64,000 nt of DNA. Origin: Burkholderiales bacterium. GTDB taxonomy: Bacteria; Pseudomonadota; Gammaproteobacteria; Burkholderiales; Casimicrobiaceae. Below the pieces are notes generated by a model. The model had not been told where the DNA came from. It saw only the letters and a list, made by a program, of their open reading frames with translations, and did not search any database. The DNA is taken from contig JAISYH010000018.1 in NCBI GenBank assembly GCA_031270015.1, positions 14,981 through 78,980 on the forward strand. The letters run 5' to 3'. Of this stretch, positions 1 through 10,872 are shown one piece after another. Position 1 is the stretch's first letter; every line of letters begins with the position of its first letter. A program made the translations under genes and the position numbers.

Positions 1-1
1 C

Positions 2-1174
2 GCCGTCGCCGAAGGTGATTTCAGCGTTCGCCAGCCCGTCGCGTCGCACGACGAAATGGGAACCCTTACCGAGTCGTTCAATGCGATGACGATGCAGCTT
101 GAACAAGCGCAGGAAGAACGCGAGTGTAGTCATCGGGCGCTGGAAACTGCGCGCGCCTATCTGGAAAACGTGCTTGTCAACCTGTCGTCTGGCGTGATCG
201 TTTTCGACGAGACACAACATGTGCGCACAGTCAATCAAAGCGCGGCGATCATTTTGCAAAAGCCGCTGGCGAATCTAGAAAATATTGCGCTATCGCAATG
301 GCACACCCACGCGCCGGATCTTGCGCCATTCGCCGAAGTGATTTTGCAGCATCTGGAAACTCCCGGACAATGGCATCAAGAACTCAGCGTCCTGATCCAT
401 CAAACCATGCGTTCGTTGTTGATTCGCGGCACGAAGCTGGCTGATCCGCTGGTCGGCCACGTAATCGTTTTTGACGACGTAACCGTCATCGTGCAGGCGC
501 AGCGCGACGCGGCGTGGAGCGAAGTCGCGCGGCGGTTGGCGCACGAAATCAAAAACCCCTTGACCCCGATTCAGTTGTCAGCGGAACGTCTGACGAAAAA
601 ACTCACCGACAAACTCCCCGAAGAGGACCGTATTTTCCTTGAGCGTGGCGTACAAACCATCGTTTCGCAAGTTTCCGCCATGAAGCATATGGTCGATGAT
701 TTCGCCGTTTACGCGAGACAACCTCGTCCCGGACAGTTGGTCGACGTCGATCTTGCCGCGCTGCTCAAAGAAGTGTTGGATTTATACGACCATTTGCGTC
801 CCAATATTCACTTTCACGCGCCGGAAAAACCATTTATCATTCGCGGCGAGCCGGTTCGTCTACGGCAAATTTTCCATAACTTGTTGCAAAATGCGGAAGA
901 CGCGCAAGATGATTGCGCCGATCCTCGGTATGATATTACTTTGGAAGGAAAAGGGCTGGAAGCCATTATTACCTTTTCCGACCATGGCGCGGGTTTTCCC
1001 GACGCCGTTTTACGGCGCGCTTTTGAGCCTTATATCACCACCAAAGCGAAAGGAACGGGATTGGGGTTGGCTATTGTAAAAAAAATCGTTGAGGAACACG
1101 ACGGACAAGTTTTTCTTGCCAATCGCCAACCGCAGGGCGGCGTGATCACATTGATTTTTCCTCTTCCCGTTTGA
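2..1174 (+). CDS. ntrY: NtrY-like sensor histidine kinase, C-terminal part (5' end lies outside the window)
   Basis: The frame is open from the window edge. It has a HAMP-like 'DEMGTLTESFNAMTMQL', H-box 'LAHEIKNPLTPIQLSAERL', N-box 'IFHNLLQNAEDA', and G-boxes 'DHGAGF' and 'GTGLGLAIVKKIV'. It lies directly upstream of an NtrX-like regulator. Confidence 0.8.
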   Translation, partial: AVAEGDFSVRQPVASHDEMGTLTESFNAMTMQLEQAQEERECSHRALETARAYLENVLVNLSSGVIVFDETQHVRTVNQSAAIILQKPLANLENIALSQWHTHAPDLAPFAEVILQHLETPGQWHQELSVLIHQTMRSLLIRGTKLADPLVGHVIVFDDVTVIVQAQRDAAWSEVARRLAHEIKNPLTPIQLSAERLTKKLTDKLPEEDRIFLERGVQTIVSQVSAMKHMVDDFAVYARQPRPGQLVDVDLAALLKEVLDLYDHLRPNIHFHAPEKPFIIRGEPVRLRQIFHNLLQNAEDAQDDCADPRYDITLEGKGLEAIITFSDHGAGFPDAVLRRAFEPYITTKAKGTGLGLAIVKKIVEEHDGQVFLANRQPQGGVITLIFPLPV

Positions 1175-1209
1175 CGCGATAATGTCTATAATTCCGGTTA
1201 ATATTGATT

Positions 1210-2535
1210 ATGATTTCTCCTCTTTCCCACGAAATTTTGATCGTTGACGATGAGGCAGGGATTCGAGAACTGCTCTCGGAAATTCTCGCCGACGAAGGAT
1301 ATCGCGTTGTGCTCGCCGAAAACGCGCGGGAAGCGCGCGCCTACCGGCAACAAAAAGCGCCGGCATTGGTGCTGCTCGATATTTGGATGCCCGATACCGA
1401 CGGTGTGACGTTGTTGCGCGAATGGGTCAGCGCCGAATTGCTGACCATGCCGGTAGTCATGATGTCTGGTCACGCCACGATAGAAACCGCCGTGAGCGCG
1501 ACCCGTATCGGCGCGTTTGATTTTTTGGAAAAGCCGATCGGCTTAGAGAAATTGCTGACTACCGTCCGCCGCGCATTACGCGCCGCCGCCGAAAACAATA
1601 CTGTCTCCGTTTCTTTATCGCAATTAGGCAACAGTTCCGCGATGCGTGCGCTGGAACACGCCATGATCAATTTGGTTCGCGCTTGCGCCCCGATTCTGAT
1701 TCTCGGCGAAAGCGGTTCAGGACACGCAACCGCTGCGCGTGCGCTACAAAACGCGCAACTGCCTTGGGTTACCATCACCCCACAACGCCTTGCCGGTCAT
1801 CCGTTATCGTTGTTGGAAGAGGCGCGTGAAGGCATTTTATATTGTCCCGAAATCGGTCAATTGACCCGCGTCGAACAAAAAGGTTTGCTGTTTCTATTGT
1901 CCCGCTTTGCGAAATACGAAATTACGTTAGTCTGTACCAGCAGCGAGCCGCTGGGCAACATGGCGGCGGAAGGCGAATTCGATCCGACATTGTTGTCGCA
2001 ATTGTCCGCAGGCATCCTGATTTTGCCGCCTTTGCGCGAACACCGCGAAGACATTCCTCTGCTGATCGAGCGAAAATGGAAAGAGCTTACCGAAAAAAGC
2101 GCAGTGGACGGTTCGTTGTTGGCGTCGTTGTCTCCCGAAGCGTTGACCGTTCTCAGCAATGCTTATTGGCCCGGCAACATCGACCAACTTTATTATGTTT
2201 TGGAAAATTTGGCGCTGCTTAAAACCGAAGTCAACGATGTGATGACCCGGGCGGTGCTTGGTGAATCTTTGGTATATCAAAATAAAGGCGTGCCGCCGGA
2301 GATTACCGCGCAATTTCTCGAATTACCGTTGCGCGACGCCAGAGAAGCGTTCGAACGCTATTATTTTGAACGTCTTTTGGCGACCGAGCGCAACAATATG
2401 AGCAAAATCGCCGAACATGCCGGCTTGGAGCGCACGCACTTATACCGAAAATTGAAACAGCTCGATATTCGCTTTACCCGCCGACAGTCGCGTTTTTCAA
2501 GAAAAACGCGCGCCACGACACCGCACAGCGATTGA
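1210..2535 (+). CDS. ntrX: NtrX-like response regulator (REC domain, degenerate sigma54-activator-type AAA+ domain, Fis-type HTH)
   Basis: REC motifs 'ILIVDDEAGIRELL' and 'LLDIWMPDTDG'. The central domain has Walker A 'GESGSGHAT' with the lysine replaced. C-terminal HTH 'NMSKIAEHAGLERTHLYRKLKQL'. ATG at 1210 was chosen; an in-frame TTG at 1204 is also possible. Confidence 0.75.
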   Translation: MISPLSHEILIVDDEAGIRELLSEILADEGYRVVLAENAREARAYRQQKAPALVLLDIWMPDTDGVTLLREWVSAELLTMPVVMMSGHATIETAVSATRIGAFDFLEKPIGLEKLLTTVRRALRAAAENNTVSVSLSQLGNSSAMRALEHAMINLVRACAPILILGESGSGHATAARALQNAQLPWVTITPQRLAGHPLSLLEEAREGILYCPEIGQLTRVEQKGLLFLLSRFAKYEITLVCTSSEPLGNMAAEGEFDPTLLSQLSAGILILPPLREHREDIPLLIERKWKELTEKSAVDGSLLASLSPEALTVLSNAYWPGNIDQLYYVLENLALLKTEVNDVMTRAVLGESLVYQNKGVPPEITAQFLELPLRDAREAFERYYFERLLATERNNMSKIAEHAGLERTHLYRKLKQLDIRFTRRQSRFSRKTRATTPHSD

Positions 2536-2537
2536 CT

Positions 2538-4976
<2,439 letters not shown>

Positions 4977-5045
4977 TCATGCTTGCAATGAACGTCTCTT
5001 GATAAGAGACCGTTCATCATCAATGTAAATCTTGAAAACCGTGCG

Positions 5046-6152
5046 TTAAATTCGCATCGGCATCACGACATATTTATAATCCTTTTGATCAGGGTTAGTA
5101 ATCAACGCGCTATCGTTTACTGAACCAAATGAAAATACGACATGACCACTAGTCAATCTCTGCAAAACATCTAAAAGATACGTAATATTAAAACCTATAT
5201 TCAAATCATCTCCATCGTAAACAACTTCGAGTTGTTCTTCGGCTTCTTCCTGTTCATTATTACTACAAATAATTTTAAGCTCGTTTTTGGTCAAAACCAG
5301 ATGAACACCACGCACTTTTTCATTAGATAAGATCGCCGCGCGTTGTAACGCGGCAAATAATAATAAACGATCAATATTAACGTGGCACGTATAACCAGAA
5401 GGGATTACTCTGTTATAGTCAGGAAATTTACCATCAACAACTTTGGAAATGATTTCTATTGACGCGAAAGAAAAACGAACACAATTACTGAAAATCTCTA
5501 AATGAACTATTTCCTCTTCATTGTCAGTCAATAACTTACTCAGTTCTATCACCGTTTTTCTCGGCAAGATAACTTCTTTATGATTAAACGATCCTTCCAC
5601 AGGTAATTGCGCCCAAGCCAAACGATGTCCATCCGTTGCTACTAATTGTAAAGTACTTCCATCGATCACCCATAACATCCCATTAAGATAATAACGAATA
5701 TCTTGTTGCGCCATCGCAAATTCCACTTGCCTCAACAAAGCGCGAAGATTTTTTTGTGTCAAAGAGATTTTGATTGATTGATCATCACCAGTAGACAATC
5801 TTGGATAATCCGTAGCAGGTAATGTTTGTAAATGGAAACGCGAACGTCCTGCTTGAACATTCATTTTACTGCCTTGCGTATCCAGAGAAATCTGCGCGCC
5901 TTCCGGTAGCGCTCTCAACAAATCCTGAAATTTACGCGCCGAAACGGTAATTGCCTGCTCTTCAGAAACAGGAATATCGCAAAACGCTGAAACTTGGATT
6001 TCCATATCCATCGCTGTCATCCAGAAACGCTGACCGCGCTGTTCAAGTAAAACATTGGAGAGAATGGGTAACGTATGTTTACGTTCCACGATTCCAGAAA
6101 CCGACGATAAAGGCTTAAGGATGTCTTCGCGCGCTATCTTGTTTAATTTCAT
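5046..6152 (-). CDS. dnaN: DNA polymerase III beta sliding clamp
   Basis: 368 aa. N-terminus 'MKLNKIAREDILKPLSSVSGIVERKHTLPILSNVLLE', C-terminus 'YVVMPMRI'. It lies directly upstream of gyrB on the same strand. Confidence 0.95.
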   Translation of the reverse strand: MKLNKIAREDILKPLSSVSGIVERKHTLPILSNVLLEQRGQRFWMTAMDMEIQVSAFCDIPVSEEQAITVSARKFQDLLRALPEGAQISLDTQGSKMNVQAGRSRFHLQTLPATDYPRLSTGDDQSIKISLTQKNLRALLRQVEFAMAQQDIRYYLNGMLWVIDGSTLQLVATDGHRLAWAQLPVEGSFNHKEVILPRKTVIELSKLLTDNEEEIVHLEIFSNCVRFSFASIEIISKVVDGKFPDYNRVIPSGYTCHVNIDRLLLFAALQRAAILSNEKVRGVHLVLTKNELKIICSNNEQEEAEEQLEVVYDGDDLNIGFNITYLLDVLQRLTSGHVVFSFGSVNDSALITNPDQKDYKYVVMPMRI

Positions 6153-6248
6153 GAATTTATATAAATAGTAATAGATAATAAAGGAAGCTTTTTCTGAGGA
6201 TATCCATCAAACAATGTAAAAGAACAAAGGGTTGCAAGATATTTTCCT

Positions 6249-6257
6249 TGTGGATAA
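6249..6257 (-). promoter_or_regulatory. Perfect DnaA box (TGTGGATAA, the reverse complement of TTATCCACA) in the dnaN-mnmG spacer
   Basis: Exact 9-mer read at 6249-6257, about 100 nt upstream of the dnaN start. Two-mismatch relatives lie at about 6317-6325 and 6343-6351. Confidence 0.5.
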
Positions 6258-6579
6258 ATCATGAGTCAAATCGGGAAAATTTCTTCATTGTTTGGAATGT
6301 TTCCGCAAAAGGAGATTAACCCACAGATTATACCGTAATGTCTGTGTATCAGGAGGATATCAGCGCGATTTATCGGGTAATTCGAGTTCAATATAGTGTA
6401 TGTATTTTTTCTAAGAGGGATCAGAAGCAACAAGGAAAAAATACACGATAAAATGATTATTCTGATATTTTTTGATTGATCAAACCAAGTAAAATACTAA
6501 GTGGAAAGAACTTTATTTTGAAACAGAAATATGATAATAAAATATTTTATTAATAGTGAGTACATACTTACTTTTATTT

Positions 6580-6599
6580 AATGTTTCACGTGAAACATT
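6580..6599. repeat. Perfect 20-bp palindrome AATGTTTCACGTGAAACATT
   Basis: Read directly; it is self-complementary over all 20 nt and is followed by T residues on the + strand. It ends 47 nt before the mnmG ATG (6647). Confidence 0.9.
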
Positions 6600-6646
6600 T
6601 TTACTGATCATTAAAAATGGTTGAAAGAAGAATTGATAATTGAATT

Positions 6647-8578
6647 ATGCTGTATCCCGATAGTTTTGATGTTATCGTCGTTGGTGGTGGACACGCTGGA
6701 ACGGAAGCGGCGTTAGCATCTGCAAGAATGGGCGCGAAAACGTTGCTATTGACGCATAATCTCGAAACATTAGGGCAAATGTCTTGTAATCCTTCAATTG
6801 GTGGGATAGGTAAAGGACATTTAGTTAAGGAGGTAGACTCTCTGGGCGGCGCGATGGCGCAAGCGGCAGATGAAGCAGGGATCCAAATTCGAATTTTAAA
6901 CGCGAGTAAAGGCGCGGCAGTACGAGCGACACGCGCGCAAATGGACCGCATTCTATATAAAAAAGCAATTCGCGGGCGCTTGGAAAATCAGAAAAATCTT
7001 CGATTGTTTGCGCACGCAGTAGATAGTTTGCTACTAGAAAACGGCGAGATCAAAGGTGTTGAAACGCAAATCGGCGTTACTTTTCGCGCGCATTCTGTGA
7101 TTTTAACGACTGGAACATTTCTCGCCGGATTGGCGCACATAGGATTGAGTAACTATCAAGCCGGACGCGCCGGCGATCCTGCCGCGTATCCATTAGCGCA
7201 ACAACTACGAATAAGTGGATTACCGATCGGTCGCCTAAAAACGGGAACGCCGCCGCGCCTCGACGGAAAAACGATAGACTTTTCTAAATTGAAAGAACAA
7301 GTTGGCGATAAACCGGCGCCGGTTTTTTCCTTTCTGGGGAACGCTGTGCCGCGCCCGCGCCAAGTTTCTTGCTGGATTACCCACACCAATGAAAAAACGC
7401 ATGACATCATTCGCGGTGGTTTGGATCGTTCGCCGCTATATTCGGGTGTGATTACCAGTGTTGGACCGCGCTACTGTCCGTCGATAGAAGACAAAATCGT
7501 CCGTTTCGCGCAGAGAAAATCACACCAAATTTTTTTAGAACCGGAAGGTCTGGATACGCACGAAATTTATCCGAACGGAATTTCTACGTCATTACCTTTC
7601 GATGTTCAGCTTGACGTCGTGCGCTCCATTACTGGTTGTGAAAACGCGCACATTCTGCGCCCAGGTTATGCGATCGAGTACGATTACGTCGATCCTAGAG
7701 CGTTGAAGTCGTCGCTAGAAAGCAAAATGTTCGCGGGTTTGTTTTTGGCGGGACAAATCAATGGGACAACGGGTTATGAAGAAGCCGCAGCGCTGGGTTT
7801 GCTGGCAGGAATCAATGCTGTTTTGCGACTGCGCGGCGAAACAGCGTGGTCGCCGCGCCGCGCCGAAGCCTATTTGGGCGTGATGATTGATGACCTGATT
7901 ACGCGCGGCGTCACCGAACCGTATCGGATGTTTACCTCGCGTGCCGAGTATAGGCTGCAACTGCGTGAAGACAATGCCGATATGCGGCTTACCGAACAAG
8001 GGCGAAAACTCGGCTTAATCGACGATACGCGCTGGAACGCTTTTTCGCGCAAGCGCGACGCCGTACACACAGAAATCGAACGCCTCAAATCAACATGGAT
8101 CAATCCGCAAATTATCGAAAAGTTGAGCGGCGATGGAAGGAATACAGAAACCATTACCGTCGTTGAAAAACTGCTGGGCAAAATACCCGAAAGAGAATAT
8201 GCTTTCGCTGACTTATTGCGTCGCCCGTCGATAGACTACGCCGCGCTGATGTGCTTGCCAGGCGCCGGAACGGGCGTCGAAAACGCGGAAGTCGCAGAAC
8301 AAGTCGAGATTAGCATCAAATACGAAGGCTATATTGCGCGGCAGAAGGAAGAGATTCAACGTGCCGCGCAGCAAGAAGAAACACTATTGCCTGCGGATCT
8401 TGATTACTGTGATGTCAAAGGATTGTCGAACGAAGTTTGCCAAAAGCTGAATCAGCATAAACCAGAAACCATCGGACAAGCGGCGCGGATTTCCGGTGTC
8501 ACGCCGGCGGCGATTTCACTATTGCTTGTGCACCTGAAAAAATGCAACGCAAAAATGAGCAATGATTTTTTGCCATGA
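6647..8578 (+). CDS. mnmG: tRNA uridine-5-carboxymethylaminomethyl modification enzyme MnmG (GidA)
   Basis: 643 aa with FAD fingerprint '[16 protein letters not shown]', plus '[18 protein letters not shown]' and '[10 protein letters not shown]'. Confidence 0.97.
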   Translation: MLYPDSFDVIVVGGGHAGTEAALASARMGAKTLLLTHNLETLGQMSCNPSIGGIGKGHLVKEVDSLGGAMAQAADEAGIQIRILNASKGAAVRATRAQMDRILYKKAIRGRLENQKNLRLFAHAVDSLLLENGEIKGVETQIGVTFRAHSVILTTGTFLAGLAHIGLSNYQAGRAGDPAAYPLAQQLRISGLPIGRLKTGTPPRLDGKTIDFSKLKEQVGDKPAPVFSFLGNAVPRPRQVSCWITHTNEKTHDIIRGGLDRSPLYSGVITSVGPRYCPSIEDKIVRFAQRKSHQIFLEPEGLDTHEIYPNGISTSLPFDVQLDVVRSITGCENAHILRPGYAIEYDYVDPRALKSSLESKMFAGLFLAGQINGTTGYEEAAALGLLAGINAVLRLRGETAWSPRRAEAYLGVMIDDLITRGVTEPYRMFTSRAEYRLQLREDNADMRLTEQGRKLGLIDDTRWNAFSRKRDAVHTEIERLKSTWINPQIIEKLSGDGRNTETITVVEKLLGKIPEREYAFADLLRRPSIDYAALMCLPGAGTGVENAEVAEQVEISIKYEGYIARQKEEIQRAAQQEETLLPADLDYCDVKGLSNEVCQKLNQHKPETIGQAARISGVTPAAISLLLVHLKKCNAKMSNDFLP

Positions 8579-9237
8579 GTACACAAATCCGTGAAAAGCT
8601 GACATTAGCGGTAGGGAAGTTATCACTCACTTTCGATGAATCGACGAAAAATAAGTTTTTATTGTTTATCGCGTTGTTGCAAAAATGGAATCGCGTTTAT
8701 AACTTAACAGCGATCCGTTCACCCGAAGAAACGCTAACGCATCACATTCTTGACGCGCTCACTGTAGTCTCGCCGCTTGATGCGCTGTTCGCCGCGGAAG
8801 CAAACCAGACGCCGCGCATCCTCGATGTGGGTTCGGGCGGCGGCATTCCGGGCGTCGTGCTGGCAATCGCGCGCCCGCAATGGCAAATCACCATGATCGA
8901 CGCCGTTGCTAAAAAAACGGCGTTTGTCACGCAAGCAATCATCGATCTCGAATTGAAAAACGCGCGCGCTGAAAACGGCAGAATAGAAGCGTACCGTCCG
9001 GCAATGCGCTATGATTTGATCGTTGCGCGTGCTTTTTCCGAAATGTCGACATTGATAGAAAGCAGTGAGATGGCGCTGGCGGAACGAGGTTGCTGGGCGG
9101 CGATGAAAGGGGTGTTTCCCGAAGAAGAAATCGCTCGATTGCCACGCGGCGTGCGTGTGGCGTGTGTGGAAAAATTGATCGTTCCCGAGTTGAGCGCTGA
9201 GCGCCACCTGGTGCTGTTGGAGAGAAATCATGGTTAA
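8575..9237 (+). CDS. rsmG: 16S rRNA m7G527 methyltransferase RsmG (GidB)
   Basis: AdoMet motif '[17 protein letters not shown]'. It overlaps the mnmG stop by 4 nt, in the canonical mnmG-rsmG-parA order. Confidence 0.9.
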   Translation: MSTQIREKLTLAVGKLSLTFDESTKNKFLLFIALLQKWNRVYNLTAIRSPEETLTHHILDALTVVSPLDALFAAEANQTPRILDVGSGGGIPGVVLAIARPQWQITMIDAVAKKTAFVTQAIIDLELKNARAENGRIEAYRPAMRYDLIVARAFSEMSTLIESSEMALAERGCWAAMKGVFPEEEIARLPRGVRVACVEKLIVPELSAERHLVLLERNHG

Positions 9238-10072
9238 ACAACGTCCGCGAATTATCGCCATTGCCAATCAGAAAGGCGGCGTCGGCAAGACGACCACCGC
9301 AGTGAATTTGGCGGCGAGTTTTAGCGCGATGAAACAGCGCGTGCTGCTGATCGACCTTGATCCGCAGGGTAACGCCACCACCGGCGCTGGGCTGGACAAA
9401 CGCGCCAACAACGACAATACCGTTTATCAAGTATTGCTCGGCGAAAAAACCATCACTGAAACGCGGCAAACATCGCCGACCGGCGGTTTCGATATCGTGC
9501 CCGCCAATCGTGAGCTTGCCGGCGCGGAAGTGGAATTGGTTGAATTACCCGACCGCGAAACGCGCCTGAAAGACGCGCTTGCCGAAGCATTGGCGCAAAT
9601 GAAAACGGCAATTTCCGAAGTCGCGCACGAATACGATTACGTACTGCTCGATTGTCCGCCGTCGTTGTCGCTGCTGACCTTGAACGGATTATGCGCGGCG
9701 CAATCCGTGCTGATCCCGATGCAATGCGAATATTATGCGCTCGAAGGCTTGTCCGATCTTGTCCAAACCATAAAAAAAGTACGTGCTCACTTAAACCCGA
9801 ATCTCGAAATAGAAGGAATTTTACGAACAATGTATGATCAGCGGAACACACTGGCGCAAAATGTTGTCGCCGAGCTGATCAATCATTTCGGTGACCGAGT
9901 TTACCGCACCATTGTTCCACGCAACGTCCGCTTGGCAGAAGCGCCGTCGCACGGCTTGCCCGTGCTGAAACTCGATCCGTCGTCAAAAGGCGCGCAAGCG
10001 TATTTGGCATTGGCAGGAGAAATGCTACGGCGAGAAGAAAGCAAACAACAAAACCCGGCGCGCCGGAAATGA
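9230..10072 (+). CDS. parA: ParA/Soj chromosome partitioning ATPase
   Basis: Deviant Walker A '[16 protein letters not shown]', plus '[13 protein letters not shown]' and '[13 protein letters not shown]'. Confidence 0.9.
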   Translation: MVKQRPRIIAIANQKGGVGKTTTAVNLAASFSAMKQRVLLIDLDPQGNATTGAGLDKRANNDNTVYQVLLGEKTITETRQTSPTGGFDIVPANRELAGAEVELVELPDRETRLKDALAEALAQMKTAISEVAHEYDYVLLDCPPSLSLLTLNGLCAAQSVLIPMQCEYYALEGLSDLVQTIKKVRAHLNPNLEIEGILRTMYDQRNTLAQNVVAELINHFGDRVYRTIVPRNVRLAEAPSHGLPVLKLDPSSKGAQAYLALAGEMLRREESKQQNPARRK

Positions 10073-10091
10073 TGCCGTTTCATACGCGGCA

Positions 10092-10775
10092 GGATCTGTA
10101 AATCCAATCGTGTCATTTCAAAGAAATCATAATCAATCATAACACATGGACAGGAACGCTATCCTCGCCCCAAACGATCTGAAAGACCCGCAAGGCGGGA
10201 TTCCAATGGTGAATCATTTTCCACTTGTTCGCACAATGCCGGATCGCCAGATACATCGCCTTGTAAACACCGTCATCGTTGGGAAAGATCCTGTGGTTGC
10301 GGGTGAGTTTTCTCAAACCGGCATTCAATGATTCGATGGCATTGGTGGTGTAAATGATTTTGCGCAGTTCGGGCGGGAACTGAAAGAAAGGAACGATGTT
10401 GTCCCAATTTTCTTTCCACAAGCGGATCACTGTACTGATTTCCCCATGTCACTTCCAGCGCGCCGAGTGCCTGCTCAGCTTCTTCAATGGTCGCGGATTG
10501 AAATTGTCTTTGAGCGCGGCAATCACGCCCTTACTGTCCTTGTAAGTGACGTAGCGCAGGTTGGCTCTGACCAGATGTACGACGCACAACCGAGTGAGCG
10601 TTTGAGGAAAAACGGCGCTCCGCGCCCCCGATAATCTTTTGGGTATCGACATCTCCCAGGGTCTTGCAACCTTCCAGAAGTTGATCCAGTTGTTCTTCGT
10701 TCAGTTCCATGTCATCCTCTCTTTCTCGGCTCACGCCGTCAGTTTAGTAGGGTGACACAGTTCAGATTACAGACC
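10092..10775 (-). mobile_element. Decayed IS256-family (mutator-type) insertion sequence remnant with imperfect terminal inverted repeats
   Basis: The ends GGATCTGTAAATCCAATCGTGTCA (10092-10115) and the reverse complement of 10753-10775 (GGTCTGTAATCTGAACTGTGTCA) share an outer GG(A)TCTGTAA block and an inner GTGTCA block. The element is only 684 bp, whereas my recollection is that intact family members are about twice that. I found no clear target-site duplication. Confidence 0.6.
10137..10734 (-). pseudogene. IS256-family transposase, broken into three frame-shifted, internally deleted fragments
   Basis: The N-terminal piece is 'MELNEEQLDQLLEGCKTLGD', the middle piece is 'CVVHLVRANLRYVTYKD', and the C-terminal piece is 'ELRKIIYTTNAIESLNAGLRKLTRNHRIFPND...YLAIRHCANKW'. 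They occupy ORFs 10531-10734, 10449-10652 and 10137-10430. Confidence 0.75.
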
Positions 10776-10872
10776 CTCCGAATCTTTTGCAGCAGTGTCA
10801 CAAGACAGCGGATTCTGTCCTGTTTCTCTTGCCCCGGGTATTATTGGCATCTCTTGCGTATATCAGTGTGTA

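Noticed and set aside
6151-6164. The 14-mer ATGAATTTATATAA is shared between the dnaN start region and the region upstream of the IPTL-CTERM gene (12921-12934).
   Set aside because: It is an AT-rich 14-mer, and many chance 14-mer matches are expected in a window of this size. There is no extended similarity.
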